From Alphaproteobacteria bacterium (GTDB lineage Bacteria > Pseudomonadota > Alphaproteobacteria > UBA828): a DNA stretch of 64,000 nt. The position numbers and the translations under genes were made by a program. Position 1 is the first letter of the stretch, and every line of letters starts with the position of its first letter. Below, one piece after another: positions 37,120 to 49,958 of the stretch. The notes below the pieces were generated by a model. The model made no database searches. It saw only the letters and a program-made list of their open reading frames with translations, and was not told where the DNA came from. The stretch is from positions 23,705 to 87,704 of the forward strand of contig CAXXMU010000008.1 in NCBI GenBank assembly GCA_963667785.2, read 5' to 3'.

Positions 37120-38145
37120 ATGAGCAGGACGGGGAAAGACCTGATCGTGAGCGCGGTGGCGGGCATCGCCATCGTGGCGGTGTTCGCAAGCTTCGACCTG
37201 GTGGAGAGCCTGTTCGAGGCCACGCGAGAGCACGAGGACTGGGACCTGGACGAAATCATCGCCTGCATCCCGGCACTCGCCATCGTGGCGACGTGGTTTT
37301 CCCTGCGGCGCTGGCGCGAGGTCGCGGAGCTGAACAGGACCCTGAAGCGACAGGCCGGCGAACTCGCCGACGCGCTGGAGCAGCGCCAGGCCATGGAGGA
37401 GCAGCTTCGCGAGGGATACAAGGTCGCGGCCATGGGGACTCTCGGTCGCGGCTTCGCCGGCGAGCTTCGACGCGCGCTCGAGCCGATCGAACGGCTCTCC
37501 GGGGAAGGACTGGACCGGACCACTCTGGACGCGGACGAGAAGACCCGACTGGAGCGGATCTCGGACGCGGCGAAGGGAGGGCTCACGATCGTCGGTCGAA
37601 TGCTCGCGTTCGGCGACGGCGGCATGCGCGTGAAGGAGGAGATCGTCGCCGCCGACGGGATGCTGGAGAGCCTCTCGCGTGCCAGGGCGGAAATCGATAC
37701 GTCCCTCGAAGTCGCGTACCGCGCGAACGACGACGCGTCCCGAATCCGCGTCAACCGCTGGGAGCTTCACGAGGTCGCAGCACAGATCGTCGCCAACGCC
37801 GCCGACGCGATGGGCCCGGGCGGGCGGATAGAGGTCACCGTCGACCGTGCGACGATCGACGCGTACGGGGCAACCGCGCGCGGCCTGGCTGCCGGCGATT
37901 ATGTGCGGGTCACGGTGCGAGACGACGGGCCGGGGATACCGTCCGGGCTCCAGAGCCACGTGTTCGAGCCCTTCTTCACGACCAAGGGAGCGGGGGACGG
38001 CAAGGGCCTCGGCCTCGCCATCGCCTACAGCCTGATCCGCGGATGGAACGGCGATCTGTCGGTGGAGTCCGAACCGGGAGAGGGCGCAACGTTCGAGATC
38101 CTGATCCCGGCCAGAGACGCGAGCGGAGACCGAAGCGGCGGCTGA
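37120..38145 (+). CDS. Histidine-kinase-like membrane protein with intact HATPase_c but no phospho-acceptor His in the DHp helix
   Basis: The start is the ATG at 37120 (the in-frame start at 37048 is an alternative). It has two N-terminal hydrophobic spans. The H-box position reads MGTLGRGFAGELRRAL, with Gly114 (codon 37459-37461) where His is expected. The N box (VANAADAM), G1 (DDGPGIP), F (FEPFFTTK) and G2 (GKGLGLAIA) boxes are all present. Confidence 0.75.
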   Translation: MSRTGKDLIVSAVAGIAIVAVFASFDLVESLFEATREHEDWDLDEIIACIPALAIVATWFSLRRWREVAELNRTLKRQAGELADALEQRQAMEEQLREGYKVAAMGTLGRGFAGELRRALEPIERLSGEGLDRTTLDADEKTRLERISDAAKGGLTIVGRMLAFGDGGMRVKEEIVAADGMLESLSRARAEIDTSLEVAYRANDDASRIRVNRWELHEVAAQIVANAADAMGPGGRIEVTVDRATIDAYGATARGLAAGDYVRVTVRDDGPGIPSGLQSHVFEPFFTTKGAGDGKGLGLAIAYSLIRGWNGDLSVESEPGEGATFEILIPARDASGDRSGG

Positions 38146-38303
38146 ATGGGACCGCTCGCCGCCGTCCGCAACGGGGCCGAAGGCACCGCATTTCGCGGCC
38201 AGCAACATTGTGGACGGGCGTCGTTTCCTGTAGTCTCGGGCGGGTGAGGATCGAGTCGCGTCGCGCGACCTAATCCCCTGAACCCAAACAATCTTTTCGG
38301 TCA

Positions 38304-41033
38304 TTGGTGACAGAGACACCGTCCTCCGCGCCACTCCGCGAGCCGCCCGGCGGCCCGCCCTCGACCCCGCCCGTCGCCATCGAGGAGGAGATGAAACGCT
38401 CCTACCTCGACTATGCGATGAGCGTGATCGTCAGCCGCGCGCTGCCCGACGTGCGCGACGGGCTGAAGCCTGTGCATCGCCGCATCCTCCATTCGATGCA
38501 CGAGAACGGCTATGACTGGAACAAGCCCTACCGCAAGTCGGCCCGCGTGGTCGGCGACGTCATGGGCAAGTATCACCCCCACGGCGACGCCGCCATCTAC
38601 GACGCCATGGTGCGCATGGCGCAGGAGTTCTCCATGCGCCTGCCGCTGCTCGACGGGCAGGGCAACTTCGGCTCCATGGACGGCGACCCGCCGGCGGCGA
38701 TGCGCTACACCGAGGTCCGCCTCGGCGAGCCGGCGCATGCGCTGCTCGCCGATATCGACAAGGAGACGGTCGACTTCCAGGCCAACTACGACGAATCGGC
38801 GCACGAGCCCGTGGTGCTGCCGGCGGCCTTCCCGAACCTGCTCGTCAACGGCGCCGGCGGCATCGCGGTGGGCATGGCGACCAACATCCCGCCCCACAAT
38901 CTAGGCGAGGTCGTCGACGCGGCCTGCGCCTGTCTCGACGACCCGGAGATCACGGTCGACGCCCTGATGGAGCACGTTCCGGGGCCGGACTTCCCGACCG
39001 GCGCCACGGTCATCGGTGCCGCCGGCATCCGTCAGGCCTATCACACGGGGCGCGGCTCCGTGATCATGCGCGGCCGCACCAGCTTCGAGCCGAGCGACGA
39101 CGACCCCAAGAGGATCGTCGTGGAGGAGATCCCGTATCAGGTCAACAAGGCCCGGATGATCGAGCGCATCGCCGCGCTCGTGAACGAGCGCCGCATCGAG
39201 GGGATCGCCGACCTTCGCGACGAATCGGACCGCGACGGCGTGCGCGTGGTCATCGAGCTCAAGCGCGGCGCGATGGCCGAGGTGGTGCGCAACCAGCTCT
39301 ATCGCTACTCGCCGCTGCAGACCAGCTTCGGCGTGAACATGCTGGCGCTGCGTGGCGGCCGGCCCGAGCTGCTGACGCTGAAGGACATCATCGCGGCGTT
39401 CATCGACTTCCGCGAGGAGGTCGTCACCAGGCGCACGACCCATCAGCTCGCCCAGGCGCGGACGCGCGCGCACGCGCTCGCCGGCCTCGCCATCGCCGTC
39501 GCCAACATCGACGAGATCATCGCGCTGATCCGCAAGGCGAAGGACCCGGCCGAGGCCCGTGCCGCCCTCACCGGCAGGGATTGGCCGGTCAAGGACGCGG
39601 GCCCGCTGATCGCGCTGATCGCCGACCCCAGGCAGCAGGTGAGCGAGGGGGCCTCGGGCGGCACCTGCCGCCTCACCGACGAGCAGGCGCGGGCGATCCT
39701 GGAGCTGCGCCTGCAGCGGCTCACCGCCATGGAGCGCGACAAGATCGCCGACGAGCTCTCGGGCATCGTCGAGCAGATCAAGGACTACATCGACATCCTG
39801 CGGAACCGGGACCGGCTGCGGGCCGTGCTGCGGGACGAGCTCGTCGCGACCCGCGACAAGTTCGCCGACGAGCGGCGGACCGAGCTGCAGCCGATCGAGT
39901 TCGAGCACGATGTCGAGGACCTGATCCAGCGCGAGGAGATGGTGGTCACGCTCAGTCACCGCGGCTACGTCAAGCGGGTGCCGCTGTCGACCTATCGGGC
40001 GCAGCGGCGCGGCGGCAAGGGGCGGGCCGGCATGAGCACCCGCAACGAGGACTTCGTCTCGCAGGTCTTCGTCGTCAACACCCACACGCCGGTGCTGTTC
40101 TTCTCGACCGCCGGCAAGGTCTACAAGCTCAAGGTCTATCGCCTGCCTCAGCTCGCGCCGCAGGCGCTGGGCAAGGCGCTGGTCAACCTGCTGCCGCTGG
40201 CAGACGGCGAGACCATATCGACCATCCTGCCGATGCCGGAGGACGAGGACGACTGGGCCAAGCACCAGCTCATGTTCGCGACCGCGTCGGGCTCGGTGCG
40301 GCGCAACAGCGCGAGCGACTTCGCGAACGTGCCGTCCGCCGGCAAGATCGCCATGAAGCTCGGCGACGACGACCGCATCATCGGCGTGCAGACCTGCAGG
40401 GACGAAGACGACGTCCTGCTGGCCGCCCGCGGCGGCAAGTGCATCCGCTTCGCCGCCGCCGACGTGCGCCTGTTCCGGGGCCGCAGTTCGTCAGGCGTGC
40501 GCGGGATGGAGCTTGCCGAGGGCGACCGGGTGATCTCGATGAGCGTGCTCGCACACGGCGACCCCTCCGCCGAGGAACGTGACGCCTATTTCCGGCGCAA
40601 GCGCGAGGGGGCGTCGCCCAAGCTCGCGAAAGAGCGCCGCGCGGCGCTCGCCGCTCAGGAGCAATTCCTGCTTACGGTGCGCAACGACGGCTTCGGCAAG
40701 CGCACCTCCAGCCACGACTATCGCCTGACCCGGCGCGGCGGCAAGGGTATCATCAACATGGTTACCGGCACCGGAAAGAACGGAGAGACCGAGGTGGTCG
40801 CCACCTTCCCCGTGGCGGAGCAAGACGAGATCATGCTCGTGACCGACGGGGGGCAGCTCATTCGCTGCCCGATCAAGGGCATCAGGAAGACGGGCAGGGA
40901 CACCCGCGGCGTGACCATCTTCCGCCTGGGCAAGGGCGAGCGGGTGGTGTCGGTGGCGCGGCTTGCCGACGTCAACGGCAATGGTGCGGCCGGCGAGAGG
41001 GCGGCGAACGTCGGGGCGGCGCAGGATGGTTGA
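38304..41033 (+). CDS. gyrA: DNA gyrase subunit A
   Basis: Track ORF of 909 aa with a TTG at 38304 or GTG at 38307 as start. It has [24 protein letters not shown] and the active-site region AAMRYTE, plus a C-terminal beta-pinwheel. Confidence 0.98.
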   Translation: MVTETPSSAPLREPPGGPPSTPPVAIEEEMKRSYLDYAMSVIVSRALPDVRDGLKPVHRRILHSMHENGYDWNKPYRKSARVVGDVMGKYHPHGDAAIYDAMVRMAQEFSMRLPLLDGQGNFGSMDGDPPAAMRYTEVRLGEPAHALLADIDKETVDFQANYDESAHEPVVLPAAFPNLLVNGAGGIAVGMATNIPPHNLGEVVDAACACLDDPEITVDALMEHVPGPDFPTGATVIGAAGIRQAYHTGRGSVIMRGRTSFEPSDDDPKRIVVEEIPYQVNKARMIERIAALVNERRIEGIADLRDESDRDGVRVVIELKRGAMAEVVRNQLYRYSPLQTSFGVNMLALRGGRPELLTLKDIIAAFIDFREEVVTRRTTHQLAQARTRAHALAGLAIAVANIDEIIALIRKAKDPAEARAALTGRDWPVKDAGPLIALIADPRQQVSEGASGGTCRLTDEQARAILELRLQRLTAMERDKIADELSGIVEQIKDYIDILRNRDRLRAVLRDELVATRDKFADERRTELQPIEFEHDVEDLIQREEMVVTLSHRGYVKRVPLSTYRAQRRGGKGRAGMSTRNEDFVSQVFVVNTHTPVLFFSTAGKVYKLKVYRLPQLAPQALGKALVNLLPLADGETISTILPMPEDEDDWAKHQLMFATASGSVRRNSASDFANVPSAGKIAMKLGDDDRIIGVQTCRDEDDVLLAARGGKCIRFAAADVRLFRGRSSSGVRGMELAEGDRVISMSVLAHGDPSAEERDAYFRRKREGASPKLAKERRAALAAQEQFLLTVRNDGFGKRTSSHDYRLTRRGGKGIINMVTGTGKNGETEVVATFPVAEQDEIMLVTDGGQLIRCPIKGIRKTGRDTRGVTIFRLGKGERVVSVARLADVNGNGAAGERAANVGAAQDG

Positions 41034-41532
41034 GCGGGTAGGCCTCTATCCGGGAACCTTCGACCCGATCACGACGGGCCACCAGGACATCATCCGGCGC
41101 GCGCTCAGGGTGGTGGACCGGCTGGTCGTGGCGGTCGCCGTCAACGCCGGCAAGGGCCCGCTGTTCGACGTCGACGAGAGGGTGGCGCTGACCGCCCAGG
41201 ATCTCGCCGCCCTCGGGCTCGTCCCGCCGCAGCTCGAGGTCCGGCCCTTCGACACCCTCCTCATGCAATTCGTCCACGAGGTCGGGGCCACGGTCATCGT
41301 GCGGGGGCTCCGGGCGGTTTCCGACTTCGAGTACGAGTTCCAGATGGCGGGCATGAACGCGCGCCTCGATCAGGAGGTGGAGACCGTGTTCCTGATGGCG
41401 TCGGAGCGCCATCACTTCATCGCCTCGAAGCTGGTGAAGGAGATCGCCTCCCTCGGCGGCGACGTGTCGAGCTTCGTCTCCCCGCTCGTTGCCAGCCGCC
41501 TCGCCGAGCGGTTCGGGACGGCGCCATCCTGA
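41026..41532 (+). CDS. coaD: Phosphopantetheine adenylyltransferase
   Basis: The internal ATG at 41026 overlaps the gyrA 3' end by 8 nt. It has [18 protein letters not shown] and the ISSKLVKE-like motif (IASKLVKEI). Confidence 0.95.
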   Translation: MVERVGLYPGTFDPITTGHQDIIRRALRVVDRLVVAVAVNAGKGPLFDVDERVALTAQDLAALGLVPPQLEVRPFDTLLMQFVHEVGATVIVRGLRAVSDFEYEFQMAGMNARLDQEVETVFLMASERHHFIASKLVKEIASLGGDVSSFVSPLVASRLAERFGTAPS

Positions 41533-41556
41533 GGCCTGCGGCGCCGGCTTTCATCG

Positions 41557-43670
<2,114 letters not shown>

Positions 43671-43685
43671 CGGTCCACCCGAGGC

Positions 43686-46600
43686 TCAGGCGATCTCCGC
43701 CTCCGCCTCCTCGACCAGCGGGTGGCTCAGCCGGGAGATCATCTCGCGCGGGCAGATCTGCCAGAAGTTGCCGATCTCCAGCGTCCAGTCGGCGAGCAGA
43801 CGCTCGCTGTAGCGCGAGCGGGTCTCGGCATGATGCTCTTCGACCAGGGTGCGGCACTCGCGTTCCCAGTGGGCGCTGGCGATTCGCTGCCAGACCACCG
43901 TGTCGGCGTTGACGCGCCGCTCGAACGTGGCGTCCGGGTCGTAGACGAAGGCCATGCCGCCGGTCATGCCGGCGGCGAAATTGTCGCCGACCGGCCCGAG
44001 GATTACCGCGACGCCACCGGTCATGTACTCGCAGCCGTTGGAGCCGCAGCCCTCGACCACGGCGCGGGCGCCGGAGTTGCGCACGCAGAAGCGCTCGCCC
44101 GCCTGGCCGGCGGCGAACAGCTTGCCGCCGGTCGCGCCGTAGAGAACGACGTTGCCGATGATGGTGTTCTCGTTGGAGACGAGCGGGCTGGAGGTCGGCA
44201 GGCGCACGACGATCGTCCCGCCCGAGAGCCCCTTGCCGACATAGTCGTTGGAATCGCCGATCACGACGATCTTGAGGCCCTGCACGGCCCAGGCCCCGAG
44301 CGACTGTCCGGCGGAGCCGCGCAGGCTGATGGTGAAGTAGTCCGGCGGCAGCCCCGACATGCCGAAGCGGCGGGTGAGCCGCGAGGAGAGCTTGGCGCCG
44401 ATGGAGCGGTGGGTGTTCCGGATCGTGTAGGCGAGCTGCATCTTCTCCGGCACGTCCAGCGCATCGTCGGCGTCGCTGATCATCTGCTCGTCGAGCGTGC
44501 CGTGCACCTCGATCCGGCCCTGGCGCGTCGAGTGGCGGGGATGGCCGCCCGGATCGGCCTGGACCAGAAGCGGGTTGAGATCCAGATCGTCGAGATCGGC
44601 GCTGCCGCGGCTGACCTGCCGCAGCAGGTCGGTGCGGCCGATGATGTCGTCGAGCGCCGTCGCGCCGAGAGAGGCCAGGATCTCGCGCACCTCCTCGCCG
44701 ATGAAGCTGAACAGGTTGACGACCTTTTCCGGCGTGCCCTCGAACTTGGCGCGGAGCGTCGGGTCCTGCGTGCACACGCCCACCGGGCAGGTGTTGCTGT
44801 GGCACTGGCGCACCAGGATGCAGCCCATTGCGACCAGCGAGGTCGTGCCGATGCCGAACTCCTCGGCCCCTAGCATGGCGGCGATAACGACGTCGCGGCC
44901 GGTCTTGATGCCGCCGTCGACGCGCAGCGTCACGGTGTGGCGCAGGCGGTTCAGCGTCAGCACCTGGTGCACCTCGGCGAGGCCCATCTCCCAGGGCACG
45001 CCGGCGTACTTCACGCTGCTCTGGGGCGAGGCGCCGGTGCCGCCGTCGTGGCCGGAGACCAGCACCACGTCGGCCTTGGCCTTGGCGACGCCGGCGGCGA
45101 TGGTGCCGATGCCGGCCTCGGCCACGAGCTTGACCGAGACGCGGGCGCGCGGGTTGATCTGCTTGAGGTCGTAGATGAGCTGCGCCAGGTCCTCGATCGA
45201 GTAGATGTCGTGGTGCGGCGGCGGCGAGATGAGCGTCACCCCCGGCGTCGAATGGCGCAGCCGCGCGATCTCTTCCGACACCTTGAACCCCGGCAGCTGG
45301 CCGCCTTCGCCGGGCTTGGCCCCCTGGGCCATCTTGATCTCGATCTCGCGGCAATGGTTCAGGTACTCTGCCGTCACGCCGAAGCGCGCGGACGCGATCT
45401 GCTTGGTCGCGGACGATGCGTTGTCGCCGTTCTCGCGCGGCTCGAAGCGCTCGCGCGCCTCGCCGCCCTCGCCGGAGCACGACGCCGCGCCGATCCGGTT
45501 CATGGCGATGGCCAGCGTCTCGTGCGCCTCCTTGGAGAGCGCGCCGTGCGACATGCTGCCGCTGCTGAAGCGCTTGCGGATCTGGGTGATCGATTCCACT
45601 TCCTCCAGCCCGATCGGCGTCCGCTCGTGCTTGAAGTCGAGCAGGCTGCGGACATGGATCGGGGGCAGCGCGTAGACGCCCTCGGCGTATTTCTTGTAGG
45701 TCGCGTAGGAATCGGTCGCGAGCGCCGACTGCAGCATGTGGATCAGCGGTCCGTCGAAGGCGTGCACCTCGCCCGAGCGGCGATACTTGAGGAGGCCGCC
45801 CACCGGCAGCACCACCGGGCTCTCCTCGTAGGCCTTGCGGTGCTGGTACAGCACGCGGCGCTTGATGCCGCTGAGCCCGATGCCCGAGAGGCGCGCCGTC
45901 ATGCCGGGGAAGAAATCGGCGACCAGCGCCCGGCTGAGGCCGACGGCCTCGAAATTGTAGCCGCTCCGGTAGGAGCTCAGCACCGAGATGCCCATCTTCG
46001 AGAGGATCTTGAGAAGCCCCGCATCGACGGCGCTGCGGAAGCGCGCCTCGCAGTCCGCCAGGCTGCGCGTGCCGAAGAGGCCGCGCTCCTGCCGGTCGGC
46101 CACGCTTTCGAGCGCGACATAGGGGTTGATCGTGGTCGCGCCGACGCCGATCAGGACCGCGAAGTAGTGCACGTCCAGGCATTCGGCGGCGCGCACGTTG
46201 ATCGAGGTGAAGGTCCGCAGACGCTGGCGCACCAGGTGGCTGTGGACGCCGCCGGCCGCGAGGATCATGGGGATCGGCGCGCGCTCCTCGGAGACATGCT
46301 CGTCGGTCAGGATCAGGTGGATCGCGCCGCCGCGCACTGCCTCCTCCGCCTGCCCGCGGATGCGCTCGATCGCCGCGGTCAGCCGGCCCGGGCCGGGCTC
46401 TGCGTCGAAGGTGCAGTCTATCCACACCGCCTTGTCGCCCAGTTGCTCGATCAGGCCCGCGAACTCGCCGTTGGTCAGCACCGGCGAATCGAGCTGCGGC
46501 AGCGTGGTCTGCTCGGGCTCGTCGGCGAAGATGTTGCCCATGTTGCCGAGCCGGGTGATCAGGCTCATGACGCTGTATTCGCGCAGGGAATCGATCGGCG

Positions 46601-48197
46601 GATTGGTCACCTGCGCGAACATCTGCCGGAAGTAGTAGTGCAGGCCCCGATACTGGCCGGAGAGCACGGCGAGCGGCGTGTCGTCGCCCATCGAGCCGGT
46701 CGGCTCCTTGCCGTCGTCCACCATGGGATGGAGCACCAGCTCGAGCTCCTCCATGGAATAGCCCACCATCCGCTGGCGGCGGCGGAGCTCGTCGCGCTCG
46801 AACATCCGCGGCGCCGACCGGCCGGCGACCAGAGCGCTGGCGTCGGTCACTTCGGCGGCCCACTTGCCGTAGGGCTTGGCGTCCGCGAGCATGTCCTTGA
46901 TCTCGCGGTCGTGATAGAGGCGGCCTTCGGCGAGATCGACGCAGACGAGCTGGCCCGGGCCGAGGCGGCCGTTCTCGACGATTTCCTCCGGCGCGAGCGG
47001 GACCATGCCGGTCTCGGAGCCGACCACCAGCATGTCGTCGGCGGTGACGCTGTAGCGCATCGGGCGCAGCCCGTTCCGGTCCATCCCGGCGAGGATCCAG
47101 GTGCCGTCGGTCGCGGCGACCGCGGCCGGGCCGTCCCACGGCTCCATCAGCCAGTTGCAGACGCTGTAGAAGGCGCGGTGGTTGGCGGGCATGTCCTGCT
47201 TCTTCGACCAGGCGTCGGGAATCAGCAGGCTGTATGCCGCCGGAACGGAGCGGCCGGCCCGGACCAGGCCCTCCAGCACCCCGTCGAGCGCCATCGAATC
47301 CGAGGAGTCCGGCTCGATCAGCGGAAAGAGCTCGTTGTTGTAGGCGCCGAAGACGTCGCTGGCGGCGCGCGTCTCGTGGCTCGCCATCCAGTTCTTGTTG
47401 CCGCGGATCGTGTTGATCTCGCCATTGTGGGCGAGCATGCGGAAGGGCTGCGCCAGCCGCCAGGTGGGGAAGGTGTTGGTCGAATAGCGCTGATGGAAGA
47501 TGGCGAAGCGGGAGACGAAGCGCTCGTCCAGCAGGTCGGGGTAGAACGCCGAGAGCTGCTCGGCCAGGAACATGCCCTTGTAGATCAGGGAGCGGCTGGA
47601 GAACGAGCAGATGTAGAAGCCGTTGACGTGGCGGGCGAGGACCTGCTTCTCGATGCGCCGGCGGATGATGTAGAGGTCGATCTCGAACTGATCGTCATCG
47701 ACGCCGCGCTCGTTGGCGATCATGATCTGCTCGATTTCCGGCCGGCTGGCGTTCGCCTTCTCGCCGATCACAGACGAATCGATGGGCACCTGGCGCCAGC
47801 CGAGGATGGCGTGGCCGAAGTGCAGGACCTCGGTCTCGACGATGCTGCGGCAGATGTCCTGCGCGCCGAGGTCGGTCTTGGGCAGGAACACCATGCCGAC
47901 GGCGAGCCGCCCGCCCCTGGGCCTCTGGCCGGTCGCCTCCACATGCTCCCGGAAGAAGTCCTGCGGGATCTCGACGTGGATACCGGCGCCGTCGCCGGTC
48001 TTGCCGTCGGCATCGACCGCGCCCCGGTGCCACACCGCCTTGAGCGCGTCGATGCCGGCCTCCACCACGTCGCGCCTGGGCGTGCCGTCGAGTGCGGCGA
48101 TCAGCCCGACCCCGCAAGCATCGTGCTCGAAGGCGGGATCGTAGAGGCCGACGCCAGGGCCCGTCCCGCCGGGTCCGGCCGGGTGCCCGCTCCTCAT
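43686..48197 (-). CDS. gltB: Glutamate synthase large subunit
   Basis: An in-frame ATG at 48197 lies within track ORF 43686..49736 and forms an ATGA overlap with the gltD stop. The N-terminal amidotransferase Cys sits in the context FEHDACGVG. FMN/3Fe-4S and GXGXG domains follow. The product is 1503 aa. Confidence 0.97.
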   Translation of the reverse strand: MRSGHPAGPGGTGPGVGLYDPAFEHDACGVGLIAALDGTPRRDVVEAGIDALKAVWHRGAVDADGKTGDGAGIHVEIPQDFFREHVEATGQRPRGGRLAVGMVFLPKTDLGAQDICRSIVETEVLHFGHAILGWRQVPIDSSVIGEKANASRPEIEQIMIANERGVDDDQFEIDLYIIRRRIEKQVLARHVNGFYICSFSSRSLIYKGMFLAEQLSAFYPDLLDERFVSRFAIFHQRYSTNTFPTWRLAQPFRMLAHNGEINTIRGNKNWMASHETRAASDVFGAYNNELFPLIEPDSSDSMALDGVLEGLVRAGRSVPAAYSLLIPDAWSKKQDMPANHRAFYSVCNWLMEPWDGPAAVAATDGTWILAGMDRNGLRPMRYSVTADDMLVVGSETGMVPLAPEEIVENGRLGPGQLVCVDLAEGRLYHDREIKDMLADAKPYGKWAAEVTDASALVAGRSAPRMFERDELRRRQRMVGYSMEELELVLHPMVDDGKEPTGSMGDDTPLAVLSGQYRGLHYYFRQMFAQVTNPPIDSLREYSVMSLITRLGNMGNIFADEPEQTTLPQLDSPVLTNGEFAGLIEQLGDKAVWIDCTFDAEPGPGRLTAAIERIRGQAEEAVRGGAIHLILTDEHVSEERAPIPMILAAGGVHSHLVRQRLRTFTSINVRAAECLDVHYFAVLIGVGATTINPYVALESVADRQERGLFGTRSLADCEARFRSAVDAGLLKILSKMGISVLSSYRSGYNFEAVGLSRALVADFFPGMTARLSGIGLSGIKRRVLYQHRKAYEESPVVLPVGGLLKYRRSGEVHAFDGPLIHMLQSALATDSYATYKKYAEGVYALPPIHVRSLLDFKHERTPIGLEEVESITQIRKRFSSGSMSHGALSKEAHETLAIAMNRIGAASCSGEGGEARERFEPRENGDNASSATKQIASARFGVTAEYLNHCREIEIKMAQGAKPGEGGQLPGFKVSEEIARLRHSTPGVTLISPPPHHDIYSIEDLAQLIYDLKQINPRARVSVKLVAEAGIGTIAAGVAKAKADVVLVSGHDGGTGASPQSSVKYAGVPWEMGLAEVHQVLTLNRLRHTVTLRVDGGIKTGRDVVIAAMLGAEEFGIGTTSLVAMGCILVRQCHSNTCPVGVCTQDPTLRAKFEGTPEKVVNLFSFIGEEVREILASLGATALDDIIGRTDLLRQVSRGSADLDDLDLNPLLVQADPGGHPRHSTRQGRIEVHGTLDEQMISDADDALDVPEKMQLAYTIRNTHRSIGAKLSSRLTRRFGMSGLPPDYFTISLRGSAGQSLGAWAVQGLKIVVIGDSNDYVGKGLSGGTIVVRLPTSSPLVSNENTIIGNVVLYGATGGKLFAAGQAGERFCVRNSGARAVVEGCGSNGCEYMTGGVAVILGPVGDNFAAGMTGGMAFVYDPDATFERRVNADTVVWQRIASAHWERECRTLVEEHHAETRSRYSERLLADWTLEIGNFWQICPREMISRLSHPLVEEAEAEIA

Positions 48198-49630
48198 GCC
48201 GCCGCCTCCCTCAGGGCGTTGCCTTCCGCCGCGTTCGCTTCGATGTAGCGGTGGATCGAGGCCGCGGCGTCGCGCCCGTCCTTGATGGCCCAGACGACCA
48301 GGGAGGCGCCGCGCACGATGTCTCCGATGGCGAACACGCCGTCGAGGCTCGTCATCATGGTGCTCCAGTCGATCAACAGCGTGCCCCAGCGCGTCGTCTT
48401 GAGTGCCGGCTCGTCGAAGAGCGCCGGCAGATCCTCCGGATCGAAGCCGAGCGCCTTGATCAGCAGGTCGGCATCGATGGAATAGCTGGAGCCCGGTATC
48501 GGCTGCGGTGTCTGGCGGCCGCTCGCATCGGCGACGCCGAGATGGATGCGCACCGCGCGCACCCCTTCCACGTCGCTGTCGCCGAGCACCGCCTCGGGCT
48601 GCGACAGCCAGACGAACTCGACGCCTTCCTCCTCGGCGTGGCGCACCTCCTGCATCGAGCCCGGCATGTTGATGCGGTCGCGCCGGTAGAGGCAGCGCAC
48701 CGACCGCGCTCCCTGGCGCACCGCCGTGCGCACGCAGTCCATCGCCGTGTCGCCGCCGCCGACGACCACGACGTCCTTGCGGCGGGCGTCGAGGGTGCCG
48801 TCGTCGAAGGCCGGCACCGCATCGCCCAGTCCCTTGCGGTTGCTCGCCGTGAGGTAGTCCATCGCCTGGAAGATGTTGCCGAGGCCGATCCCCGGCACGC
48901 TCATGTCGCGGGCCTTGTAGGCGCCGGTCGCGATCACCACGGCATCGTGCCGCTCGCGCAGTTCGGCGAGCGACACGTCGCGCCCGACCTCGACGTTGAG
49001 GTGGAAGCTGACGCCGCCGTCGATCAGCAGGTCGGCGCGGCGCTGGACGATGGATTTTTCCAGCTTGAAGTTGGGAATGCCGTAGATCAGCAGGCCGCCG
49101 ACGCGGTCGTAGCGGTCGTAGATGTGCGCCTGATAGCCGAGGCGGCGCAGCTCTTCGGCGACCGTCATTCCGCCGGGGCCGGCGCCGACGATGCCCACCG
49201 ACTGCGGCCGCTCGGCCCGGGGGCGCGGCGGCTGGACCCAGCCGTTGTTGAACGCGGTGTCGGTGATGTAGCGCTCCACGGCGCCGATGGTGACCGAGCT
49301 GAATCCCTTCTCGATCACGCAGTTGCCTTCGCAGAGGCGATCCTGCGGGCAGATGCGGCCGCAGATCTCCGGCATGTTGTTGGTCGCCGACGAGATCTCG
49401 TACGCCTCTTCCAGCCGCCCTTCCGCGGTCAGCATCAGCCAGTCGGGGATGTTGTTCGAAACCGGACAGTGAATCTGACAGAAGGGGACTCCGCACTGGG
49501 AGCAACGCGCCGCCTGGTCGGCCGCCGCCTCGTGGCGGAAGTCGTCGTAGACCTCGCCCCAGTCGCGCCGGCGCAGCGCCGGCGCGCGCTTCTCCGGATG
49601 CTTCTGCGCGAGCGTCACGAACTTGAGCAT
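48194..49630 (-). CDS. gltD: Glutamate synthase small subunit (NADPH)
   Basis: Internal ATG at 49630 (MLKFVTLAQKHPEKR...). It has Fe-S Cys clusters (CSQCGVPFC, CPQDRLCEGNC) and two dinucleotide-binding motifs (GAGPGG, VVGGGDTAMD). Confidence 0.95.
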   Translation of the reverse strand: MLKFVTLAQKHPEKRAPALRRRDWGEVYDDFRHEAAADQAARCSQCGVPFCQIHCPVSNNIPDWLMLTAEGRLEEAYEISSATNNMPEICGRICPQDRLCEGNCVIEKGFSSVTIGAVERYITDTAFNNGWVQPPRPRAERPQSVGIVGAGPGGMTVAEELRRLGYQAHIYDRYDRVGGLLIYGIPNFKLEKSIVQRRADLLIDGGVSFHLNVEVGRDVSLAELRERHDAVVIATGAYKARDMSVPGIGLGNIFQAMDYLTASNRKGLGDAVPAFDDGTLDARRKDVVVVGGGDTAMDCVRTAVRQGARSVRCLYRRDRINMPGSMQEVRHAEEEGVEFVWLSQPEAVLGDSDVEGVRAVRIHLGVADASGRQTPQPIPGSSYSIDADLLIKALGFDPEDLPALFDEPALKTTRWGTLLIDWSTMMTSLDGVFAIGDIVRGASLVVWAIKDGRDAAASIHRYIEANAAEGNALREAAA

Positions 49631-49958
49631 GTCTGCGCCCACGCGCTGTCTCCCTCGGGTCTTCGGGTCGCCGGCCAGCGCCGCTCGAAATGCCTTGGCG
49701 CCGCCCTTTGCGTCCACTATAGCCGCAAAGGCGCACTCACGCCATGGTTTTTCGCCTCAATAAGGCAGCCTCACTGTCTCAATGGCGACGGCCCGCATTG
49801 GTCCATCCAATTGAGGCGCGTGCGGCACTCCCGTTCCTGCCGATTTTCGGGCCGGAACGGGACTTTATGCAGGGCGTGGCGTCCTGTCCCTGAACGGGCC
49901 GGCGATGGTATAAGCGCGGCGGCGGCGAGTCGGCCGCTACCGACGGAGAAGCGCGGCC

